This document shows positions 12,342-23,300 of a stretch of DNA of 64,000 bases, in pieces. The notes beneath the pieces were generated by a model. The model saw only the letters and a program-made list of their open reading frames with translations, searched no databases and had not been told where the DNA came from. A program made the position numbers and the translations under genes. The stretch lies in assembly GCA_965649765.1 (NCBI GenBank), contig OZ287748.1, positions 76,384,001-76,448,000 of the forward strand. Direction: 5' to 3'. The stretch's first letter is position 1. Each line of letters starts with the position of its first letter. The DNA is from Bispira polyomma. Lineage: Eukaryota.

Positions 12342-13222
12342 TAAGGGAACATACCAACCATGCAGCCACATACTGCGTGAAAACTAAGACCGATTAGTTA
12401 GCAGCCAGGGACACCCATTTATATCTGGGGGCAGAGGGACAACTTTGTGTGAAGTACCTTACCCAAGAGTACATCAAACCTTCGGTGATTACTAACAATG
12501 TTTTTTATTGTTGCACAGTATAATCCGCTAGTACGGAGAGTAATCTATTATAAAGTATTTTACAAGTTGCATGCTTATAGAAGTTATATAAAACCCTTAT
12601 ACCTGATTGACATGTTAAAGTTTGCTTGTTGATGGTTTTAACAAAAATGTCACTTCAATGCTTTTGCCTTAATATGGCAATTAAAAGGGTCGTACAATTT
12701 ATTTAGCTTACTTTCTGAGCTTGTTCTATATTTAGCACATGCAATGATACCGTTAAAATTAAATGACTTCATTACCATAACGTGCTTGTACATAAAATGG
12801 AAAAGGATGTTAGAAACGTACTGTAAAAGAGCATCTAATTTCGAAAACTTATTCTACAATGTACTCATCTATGTCCCCTCAACATGACAGACGTTCACCT
12901 TTCTGTATCACTGTTTATTATGTACTACATTTACAGCTGTCAAAGAGGTTATGTGTATTACCCATATCTATTGTTTCTTTGTCACCAGTATCACACAACA
13001 GCTACTGAACCAATTTGGTTGGGACATTGACTAAGGACCCAGAATTTGTTTCATTCGTTGGCAGTGTAGCACCTCAACAGAGGTATGTGATCTAATGAGT
13101 ACCTTTCCAATTTTCTGCCATTTAACATACACTGGTGCATAGTCTCATTTACACAATACTCTAATTACAAGTGTACCCAAACCATTATCTGAACATGAGT
13201 ACAAAGCAATCCTTTGTATGAA

Positions 13223-13430
13223 AGGGTACATTGTGGCCTAGTTGTTAGAAGTGTCTGCTTCATAATCACTTGTGTGTCACCAATGTGGGTTTGAATCCTC
13301 ATGTGGGAAAGTTGTCAGGTATTTGGCCGGTGGTTTACAGTGACTTCAGTTTCTACCACTGCTGAATCTGGCCTGCACGATATGACCCTAAGCTGTTGAA
13401 AGTGCCGTAAAACCCAACCAAATTGAAATT
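13223..13430 (+). mobile_element. tRNA-derived SINE, related family B
   Basis: A box gtggcctagttg, B box-like ggtttgaatcct, shared 'atgtgggaaag' core. Flanked by aatcctttgta/attcctttgta TSD-like repeats. Confidence 0.7.
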
Positions 13431-14245
13431 CCTTTGTACCCATCAACACATCATGAAATTATTCTTGATTACATATAATGCACATCTGATTTTAGCTTCT
13501 TTTTTTGATTCGTTGAAGCCACATGAGTATATAGGAAACTGCATTTGAACAATGAAATAAATAATTTGTTGTGTTATGATTAAATGAAATAATCTGTCCT
13601 ACACCAGGGCTCGATAAATGTGTGTCCTTACATGACTAATACAATATATCAAACGTTACACCACCGGTGACATGATAGCACAAGATTATGTATATGGTTT
13701 TACATGATGTAAAAGTGTCATCCATTGCTGTGTGGCACATATGCATAACTACCCAAACTACATAGTTACTGTTAACAAGTACAATTAATGAAACTTATTT
13801 AATGGTTTTGCAACACTGTATTTCAAGAGGGTAACTGATTGCAGTAAAATGTGACACATTTAACTATATAATTTGTAGGATAATCAAACCATAATAACCA
13901 TAAATAGGTGTCAATTGTAATGAATATATACGGATACAGCTCTTCCAGTGTGTTTTCAGTGACAATATTTGTGATATCTGGGAGGTATGAGAGTCTTTCT
14001 AATATGTTAAATAAGATATTGACAAAAAAGTGTTTACTATATACTGTATCCTAATTTAAATTATTAATACATTTGTAGTATTAAAGTAATCTTTTAGTAT
14101 GTTAAAGAATCTATTTTTGTAGTATATATATTGTACATACAGCAGAAGCACTAGGAAAATTCAAATACTGTTTGGGTGACAAAGAGAATGTTTTTATACT
14201 GTTTTATTTTGGTTTTAGTATTTTAATTTAGTACACACTCAAGTC

Positions 14246-15288
14246 ATGCCAGGTAAAAAGATTGTGTTTTGTCCGAAGTGTTTGCGAAAACATGAGACAC
14301 CTGTTGGAAGAAACTGTTCGGTTAATGTGCCTGATGTTTTGGGTGAGGAAGTGGAGGTTGATGCTGGCTCGCACGAGGACTCACTGGTTCATCCGAACGA
14401 GACCGTATCTAGCACTATATTTCAGCAGCTGCAATCGCTTAGCCAGGTAATGGAGAGGATGGATCAGCGAGTCCAGCAGACAGAGGCAGCGTTGGCAGCC
14501 AACCTCACCAGTAGTAAGGCAAGTACCGTTACTTCTAGTATCACTCCTAGTGTTTCCAAAGATCTAGTCTCTGCTGTCAAAGGTAAAGCCCACCGGGTGC
14601 AGGCCAAGATACTGTCGTTCCGAGTGTCGAATTTCTGAGTCAGAACGCTCAGATTCAGTTGCAAGTCAAACAGAGGTTAAAAGACCTCCGGGCTCTCAAT
14701 GAAACTCCCTCAGGTAAAATTAAGTCTCAGAGAACTGGGGGAAACGAGGTTATTGTAAGAAAGGCGGTTGAATGGCCCCAGAATTATGTGCTGACCGGCA
14801 GTTCGAAGACTTGCCCTAGTTATGATGACTTAACCCTTGTTCAATGGGTTTGTGGCTTTACCCGGATCTCGCACGAGGAGAAGTCGACTGAAATTAAGAA
14901 CGCTATGCTAGATTACATGAGTGGCCTCATGGAGGACGCCCAAGATTTTTCGTGGGAGGCGGCGAAGGCCTGCCACACGGTAGTCCTAACAAATATGGAA
15001 ATGGACAAGCTTGGGTGGTTGGATGTCGAGAAGGTCGACCAGATCCGCAGGGCACACACCCAACGCCATGTAGGTGTATCTTTTCATGGGGCGAATGGCC
15101 GCGCTGGTAATACTGGCAGTAGTAAAACTAGTCAGAAAAAGTCAATGCCTTGCAGGTTCTTTCAAGAAGAAACTTGCAAGTTCTCTAGCTCACATAACAC
15201 AGGAGGGCAAATGTATAAGCACAGTTGTGAAACTTGTGGGGTTAGTCATAGGACCAGTATGTGTAGCAAAAAAGAGGCAAAAAACTGA
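14246..15288 (+). pseudogene. E1 gag-like ORF (one frameshift near 14600-14660)
   Basis: N-terminal CxxC...H.....C (CPKCLRKHETPVGRNC), coiled-coil segment, and C-terminal Cys/His zinc-finger cluster CRFFQEETC...H.......H.C..C...H....C. Confidence 0.8.
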
Positions 15289-15299
15289 GGGGCCACTGC

Positions 15300-17748
15300 T
15301 TGAATGCAGTGGACAAAAAGGTTGCAAATACTAAGGTTGTAAATAGAACTGTTTATGGCACAGGCTTCAAGTATTTTGATTTATTTGAAAAAAATGTGTA
15401 TCAGAAAATGTGTAAATACATGAAGGTCAAAAGGCCGAATGTTAGTTATAGTGAGGCTTTAAAAAGTACTGCTAGTACCAGAAAATCAATGTTTGTACAT
15501 AATACTGGACATACAGAAAATTTGAGGCATACAAAGGTTGGCAGAGCTGAACCTAAGAATAATGTTGACACCTCGGCTGCCACATTTATTCAAAGGTCTG
15601 AAAAGGTAACACCTGTAGTTGGCACCTCTATTCAAGTGGCTAAGAAGGTGACACCTATTGTGAAGCGACCCCCATGCACAAAGCAACAGGGCGTGGAGAC
15701 AAAAGGTGTTAGAATATCGACTCAGAGGGGGGGCGAAAAGAGCCGCATCAATGAAGTTAATTGTGGTCTTCAGCTTAACAATAGGTTTTCCGTGTTGACA
15801 CAAATACCTGTGGAGGACAATGCAGCCATTGTGAGGGTCGTTCACTCTAGTACCACGCCGGGTAACAATGGGGGCTTTGCAAAGCACCAAGAGACAAGTA
15901 CTTGCACAGAATGTGTTAATGAAAATGTTGAAACCTCTAATAAGTATTCGTGTGCTTTAAAGTACAAGAAAAATAAACGGGAGTTGCTGCAAAAGGCGGC
16001 TTCAAATCAAACACACAAAAAATGGCAGGACCAGAGCTTATGGATTTACTCCTCTCTCGGCTTTGGGAAGTGAGATTGCAGACCATGGTGGGGGAGGGTA
16101 CAAACTATCCATATTACAAGTGCATGAGAAACTACGTCTTGATGGCAGGCATAATTATGCTGGCCTCCAAATTCCTGTCTATTCACAATTAAAAGCAAGA
16201 ACTTGGGGGAAGTATTTACAAACATACTAGGATTGGCAACTGCCTCTCCTCATAAAATATGGATTCTCCCTTGATGTGTGTTGCACAGTTCATACCGAGT
16301 CGAATGAAACTAACCATAAGTCGGCAGAGGAATTTCCTCAGCATGTAGACACATATATGAAGGAAGAGTGTGACTTTGGGGCAATGCTTGGTCCTTTCGA
16401 CACTCCACCAATTCGGAATTTGCATTGTTCCCCTCTAATGACCAGACATAAACCCAACTCGCTTAACAGACGTGTGATTGTGGATTTGAGTTGGCCTCAA
16501 GGGGCTTCAGTAAATGCAGGAGTGTCTCCAATTTCGTATCTGGGTGTCGATTTTTTACTGTCTTACCCTTCTATTGATCACCTTATTAGTGAAGTGTCTA
16601 AATTGGGAAAGGGTTGTCAGATATTTAAAGTAGACATGTGTAGGGCATTTCAACACGTCCCTATCGACCCTGGTGACATTGACCTCTTAGGGTTGAAGTA
16701 GAAATCTTACTATGTCGATAAATCGCTGCCATTCGGTTATTTGAATGGCAGTACTATTTTTCAACGAATTTCGGATGCAGTGCGTTTCATAATGCACTCA
16801 GAAAATCATAACGTCCCCAATTATATAGACGATTTTTTTATGTGTATCACTTCCCAGCAAAATTCAGAAAACGTTCCTAAGATTGCAAGAATTGCTTGAC
16901 GAACTGGGTCTCACCATTAGCCAGGAAACATTGGTTCCACCCAACACTGAGGTAATCTGCTTAGGCATAATAATCGACACAGTCAAATGCACAACTTCTA
17001 TCCCACCTGAAAAAATGGTAGAAATTCAGAGCAAGTGAAGGGATTGGGCTTCAAAAAATTATTGTACCAAGAGAGAATTACAGTCCTTACTGGGCCTCTT
17101 GCTATATATCTCTAAATGCATTAAATGTGCCCGGGTTTTCTTAAGTAGAATGTTGGAACTGCTATGAGATAATCATAGTAAAAAGAGAATTATAATAAGT
17201 GATGCATTCAGACGTGACTTAAATTGGTTTAGAACTTTTGCAGAACAGTTCAATGGTGTCTCCTTCTTCTTACATAAACCCATATCAGGCGAGATAGAAT
17301 TGGATGCCTGCCTTACAGGTATGGGGGGGGGGGGGATTTATGGAAATCAAGTATATCAAATTAAAGTTCCTATAAGTATGACAGAATACAATATAACTTC
17401 TCTGGAAATGTTGAATATTTTGGTAGCAATGAAGTTATGGGTCCAAAAATGGAAGGGTCAGAGAGTTCTAGTGAGATGTGATAATCAAGCAGTAGTCAGT
17501 GTCCTACAGACAGGACGTACTAGAGATTCCACATTGGCCACCTATACTAGAAACATATACATGTTAGCTAGTAAGTTTGACATTGAAATTGTTGTAGTCC
17601 ACATTCTAGGTAGAGAAAATAAAGTGGCTGACTTACTTTCCAGATGGGCCGAGACAAGAAGTAACCACCTATTACTAAACTAACTGGCTGGACCAATTCA
17701 ATGGCTTCCTGCCCCTGAGAACTTACTTCATGTGAATACTCTTATATA
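15300..17748 (+). pseudogene. E1 pol: long N-terminal extension, reverse transcriptase and RNase H (several stops and frameshifts)
   Basis: YGFSLD, NHKSA, MLGPF, HCSPLM, RVIVDLSWP, FKVD..RAF, LPFG, NYIDD (~16820), LQSLLG; RNase H DACL.G.GG, LEMLN, CDNQAVV, HILG.EN.VADLLSR. Confidence 0.92.
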
Positions 17749-17774
17749 GCAGGTTTCAGTTTTTCTTTTTTCAG

Positions 17775-18760
17775 GCACTCACCCTGTGGGTCTGGCTTTT
17801 ATGAAAAGGGCTTGTGATAGGCTGAACTCAGCACTCACTCCAGCCACTAATAAAGCATATGACAGAATGTTCAGACAGTACCTAGCTTTTGGAGCCTTCA
17901 TATCGTGGCCTCCCCACAAGGTGACTGTGTTGCAAATTTTAGCATATTTAGAGTTTCTAAATTTCAATGGTGTATCGGCCACTCAAGTAGTAAATCACAT
18001 CTCGGCTATAAAAGCAAAATGTGTCATGTTTCATATCGATGTTCAAGTATTTTCTGATCAGAGAATTTCTTATTTCACTAAAGCCTTCGCTATGCATAAA
18101 CCTTTACAAGTTAAGTTGAAGTCAATTTTTGATGTGCACTTGCTTAGGGCTCTTATCAGGAAATGTGATAGCACTTACATGGGCCAAATTTTCAAGGCTG
18201 TTTATTTGACAAGTTTTTTCACATTTCTGCGTTTATCCAATTTGTGTCCTCATTCTATGGGGTCTTACTCTCCTCTCAAGCAAGTAGCTAGAGCTGATGT
18301 CTTATTTAAGCCAGGGCATGCAGTCATTATGATCAAATGGTCAAAAACACTGCAGAGAAATGATGCAGTTCGATTGCTAACCATCCCAAGTATACAAAAT
18401 TCAATTCTTTGTCGTGTTCAGGCCTTAAAAGCTGTGTTAGCCATCTCACCAAAAGGGAAAAATCTTCTGTTATTTCAGTTTAAACTTCAAGGCTCGTGGG
18501 TTCCACTAACGGACACACGTGTGTGAAGGCACCTCAAAAATGTACTATCCTTACTTGGTACCCAATACTCTGGCTTGACCTTTCACGCTTTCCGACGTTC
18601 AGGTGCGACCTTTGCGTTTAACAATAATGTCAAAATTCAAGATATTCAAAGACAAGGCACCTGGACGTCGGATTGCGTTTGGCGTTACCTCTCAGACTCT
18701 GCTGATGCTGGTACTCAAGTTGCAGATTCTTTTAAAGACGTTCTACAAAACACCTACTAG
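17775..18760 (+). pseudogene. E1 tyrosine recombinase (one premature TGA at 18524-18526)
   Basis: Catalytic-type motifs FLRLSN (R), KWSKT (K), HAFRRSGAT (HxxR), QGTWTSDCVWRY (Y). Preceded by a polypyrimidine tract and CAG acceptor. Confidence 0.93.
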
Positions 18761-18847
18761 TTTGGGGTTTGGTGGTCTAACTTAAATATTTAGGCTTAAG
18801 ATCTGGCAAAATAGAAAATAACACTAAATATTATACCTTTTTGGGCA

Positions 18848-19141
18848 TAAGGTCCCCCTTTATTATATTAGTACATATTGTACTCAAGTATCTAAAGTTC
18901 GACTTAAAACCCTAAGTCAAACTTTAGAGTAGCATAACCTTAAAGTTTAATCTCTTAAGTTTGCACTTAAACAAAAATTTCTACCAAACTTAAACTCATA
19001 ACCTTAAATTCAAATCCTCTAAGTTTGGACTCAAAGTCAAATTTGGCAAACTTAAACTCTTAAACTCATTGTACTTAAGGTCACTTAAACGTAAGCTTTG
19101 CATAAGCTCAAGGCCTTAAACTCACTTGAGTTAAGGGGACC
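18848..19141 (+). other. Structured 3' non-coding module of E1 (multi-hairpin, closing stem GGTCCCC/GGGGACC)
   Basis: Hairpins at 18870-18884, 18892-18927 and 19114-19136. Two ~64-bp tandem units (18933, 18997) each carry a taagtttg...caaactta stem. Confidence 0.7.
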
Positions 19142-19328
19142 CACAACAGTATTACGTATTTTACAAAGAAACTGTATATATAAAGTATGCTAGTAGTAGA
19201 AATCATATATGTATAATAAAGTATTTAACCGCAATCTCTTCTTACTGTGAGTTGTTAGTTAAATAACTATAATCTGCCCACACACCGAGGAACTGTGAAC
19301 TGTGCATCTTTCTAGCATTAGTATTAAT

Positions 19329-19425
19329 TGGAGCCTCAGTATTGTCTTCAGGAAGCCTCAATGTATCACACGGAGCCTCAGTATCACATGGAACCTCAGT
19401 ATCACGATGGAGCCCCAGTATTTCT
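19329..19425. repeat. Short tandem repeat, ~5 x 18-21 bp (GGAGCCTCAGTATCACA)
   Basis: ggagcctcagtattg, ggaagcctcaatgtatcaca, ggagcctcagtatcacat, ggaacctcagtatcacgat, ggagccccagtatt. Confidence 0.8.
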
Positions 19426-20214
19426 GGAACAAGATTCCTGCAGATATCAAGATTATTATATTAAAATGACTCCTTACTTAAATGAATTATGTCACTGAAA
19501 TTTCCCTTTTTTTTCTTTCTTTCTTTTCATAGGTTAGGGGATCGTATTGGTCGATAACATAAGGTGGTTGCAGAGCTGAGCTAGCAGGGGAATTTCAAAA
19601 TAAAATTTTATTTTGATATACATGGAATCTGGGCTTCAAGATGGCCGACTAGCAACAGAATTAGAATAATGACTGGCCGGTGGGCATACGTGATTTAAAG
19701 GCTATATTATATATGTTTCTTTTAAGCATGGTCCATTATATATTCAGTAAACTGTGATCTTCAGGCTTGCCTGTTTTTAAAAATCTATTTTAGTGGGAAA
19801 CTGGTTTTCCTGTAACTTTTACACAACTATTAATGTATCTAAAGATTATAGCAGTTCTTTTGTACTTGCAGTTGTTATATGTACCATGGTTAATTGGTAA
19901 AGTGTGATATATATACATACAAGGACGGTCAATAGTAATAAAAATGATTCCCAGACCAATCACTGACAATTATAACTTTTTGGGGTTTTTTTGACATTTT
20001 GGTTTCATTTAAAATTTGAAGTAATTCAGAATTTTCAGTGAGGTCCATCCAGATCTTTTTATTTACTGTTTATTTGTTTTAAATTCATGCATCTGTTGTT
20101 TTATTATAAAAATATCTATGTTTCAGTGTTTTGCAACCTTTTTGTATCTTTCCAGCTCTTTTCTCTATTATTTTAGCCATCCATATAATAATGAAAGAAC
20201 TATGTGACATTTCA

Positions 20215-20355
20215 ATTTCACAACATTCACACCGACCTATGGTAAGTACCTGACAAACTTCTCCTCAAGAAGAATCAAACCGGATTCAAACCCACATTGG
20301 TGAAAGGCCAGTAATTGTGAAGCAGGCACTTCTAACCACTAGATCACCACGGCCT
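20215..20355 (-). mobile_element. Partial family-B SINE
   Basis: Reverse complement resembles 13223-13330 (ggattcaaacccacattggtga...cacttctaaccactag). Confidence 0.65.
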
Positions 20356-23300
20356 TCCCCAATTGTATACAGTGGAGGATAGATAGAGATTGTAACCAAA
20401 AGACACTTGTCCAGATACCAGCGACCCAGACAGACACTGCTTTGTCCATTTTTACCGGTTTAGATTATTCAGTTTGCGACTGATGAGAGTGCCTCCTCAA
20501 AGCAACTATGTAGCCATACCTGCTACCATAAATAGTGTGTTAACCAGTAGGTCAAACCAAAGTGTGAGATTATTATTTGAAGCATTGGTGGTATAAGCAT
20601 TTAAGATATAAGTATCCTAATATCTTTGTAATGAAACGATGCCATACAATTTAGCCGAGACAATTTTTTAGTGGGTTACTGTAATCATAAACATTTAGCC
20701 AAACTCGTCACTTGATTCATCTTTGATAAGATAATGATGAGTATTGTAGTTTGATGTGACTTGAGGGATTATCTCATTAATTAGGATGTCTTTTTGGTGT
20801 TATTGGCAATACCATCTCTCTATACACATGTAGTTATCCCCAAGTGGACCCACAAAGAATGACCAAAAGCAATAATCAATAAGTGATTGAATACAATTAT
20901 TGTCACGTATTATGGGTTCTTTTATTGGACAAAACATAGTTATCTACAGAATGCATAGTAGTTATATCCTATTTTGAACAGTATAACCCACCAAACCCAC
21001 ACTCCAGTTTATATGTTGAATTATAATAATTTCTTGGATAATAAAAATGACCCCTTATTTTGAGATATGTAGACTACGAGACTACGATTGTGAAGACTAC
21101 TGTAGTTGGCCCTATCATACTTTTAGTCTGATATCAGTTTGCAGTAAAATTACCATGTTTTCCAGGTTTTATGTCCAAATAACACTGTACTGTGTTGAGG
21201 GGGGATTAGGCCCCCTTATCGTTCTGATAATTTTTGCCTGCAGAAAGCTCATCTAGGTGCGCAATTATGTCGGTCAAATGGTGTGACTTGCCTTTGAAAA
21301 CACCAACCCATTGATAACAATTATCCTTCTTAATTTTTTGGCCACAGAATACAGACAAAACCTAGCATTACAACCAAGTATTGCAAATTATAGCTTTGCA
21401 ACTATATGATTTAACATTTGACGTAAACAGATACAAATTTGCTATCATTGCAAAGCTCTAGTCATCACTCTGAATTGGGAATATGGCCAAAAAAAGGATA
21501 AGAAAATTGTAATCTTTATGAGGCGTGAACCCTTAAACTGGGTGTATAAAACAAAAATGTTTGTGTTACGTCCTTAAGATAGATATTATGGGTTTGAAAT
21601 AAAAAAATATAAATTGAAATGTTCACAGTTAAATAATGTCACATATTATTTTATAGAAATCAAATTAATATTACTGTATCATATACCATACACTTTTTTT
21701 AAGCTTGTGACTTATTTTTTTTTGTGATTTACTTATTTTTTTGTGAATTACTGCCACTTAGAAGATGTCTAACATTAATAGTGGCAGAAAACAAGTCTCT
21801 ATAAAAAAGTACAAAATAAATAGAATTAAAGTAAATATTATTATTGTCTCACAGCTAAATACATTACATACTAAAGGATGTAAAATCAAAACCCCAATAC
21901 GTCATAGATGTTTTACATTACGATGTTATTGGACATAAAACATCCATAAAAATTATCAACTGCATGTAATGACTTTGATCTGCAATATAAATATCAATTT
22001 AGTTTTTTGTGTGTAAATTTTACACCTTCCTGTTGAATGGGATTTAATACACATTTTAATATTCTTTCGTGGCCCACGCTTCACCATCCTTCCATACAAT
22101 CCCATGAAAATTAGTTCAGTATTTTTTGCGGAATCCGGGCGACAAATATGGGTGGGGTAAATGTATGAAATTATATGATGTTTAAAAGTACTGTTACATG
22201 TCACTATAATAAATAAAATGTCATGTAAAAAAATCTTATGCGTAAACAATTTTGTTAATAACATTAACCAAGATACTTTTCTCATTCGTCTGCAGTATAA
22301 AAAAGAGCTGTTCTCCTAAATGTTTGTAGTGTAACACTTTGCCCATATATTGGGTCATCAAAGCCCTTGCAGTTTATGGATTCACACTCCATTTGGCCAA
22401 GGTCTGACCACCATTAAACCACCAGAGAAGATCAATGCAAAATCATTTACCCTCAATGTAGTTATTCCAAGTTATTGGCACATGTGGAGGGACAATCTAT
22501 GACCCACATACCTCACCCTTATCTCCCTATTCAGCGGGGCTGGCCTTCCCAAATTGTGTCACTGTTTGTGAAACATAACACACATGACATGTTACTAATG
22601 TTTTAGGCGAAGGATTGTTTGCAGATGCACCATATTTTGTGCATTTAAGCACCATGGACATGTTAAGTATAGGAAATATATACTAATCAAGGAAGCATAT
22701 TTTTATCGTGGATAAACATTAAATATATATCTTCCCACAAAGTACATCCTATCTTGAAAAGACTTCCTAAACCCCCACCAACCACCACCCCCCCCCCCCT
22801 CACCCCTCAAAAAATAATAATATAAAGGTTTCTAGACGGTTCCTTTATAATTATATGGACGCCACTAATAATGCAAATTGTTTATTTCGCTGCTTCATTC
22901 AATTCACTGTTTATCAAACTCATCTAGAACATACTTTGCCCATGCTACCTCTATATTTGGGGTTTGTACTGAGACAAGGATTACAGCCTTCTGAAAAAAA
23001 AAAACAACTTAAAACACATCTGTATCAACTCACTCTTCCATTTTAACATTTGTCCTCCGGTTACGATTACACTCTGACCGCCAACCTTTCCTCCGATTAG
23101 ACTATTCTTTTGCATACTTAAAACTGTAGAGAAGCTCAATTGATACTATAAAAAAATCAATGATCATTAGATGAAGCACACTTTGCATGACTGATTAGAT
23201 TTTATAATGAACTGACAATAGTTGACAACAGAGTGTTTGTATCTTAACCTTTATAAAATCAGATGAATTTTTTAAGTTGTCTTAATCAGTATATAAACCA

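Larger units (their letters stand above)
14140..19297 (+). mobile_element. YR retrotransposon E1 (DIRS order, Ngaro-like coding content), nearly complete but with stops and frameshifts; 5' boundary approximate
   Basis: gag-RT-RNaseH-YR order with no methyltransferase domain seen. Ends in GAGGAACTGTG, as does E2. Confidence 0.92.

Noticed and set aside
17786-18760. Phage integrase or bacterial contamination
   Set aside because: The YR sits in a gag-RT-RNaseH-YR retroelement, surrounded by intron-containing genes and SINEs.
22383-22410. ~19-bp inverted match (acactccatttggccaagg) to the exon-like block of the array
   Set aside because: Similarity does not extend, and a gapped match this short is plausible by chance in 64 kb.
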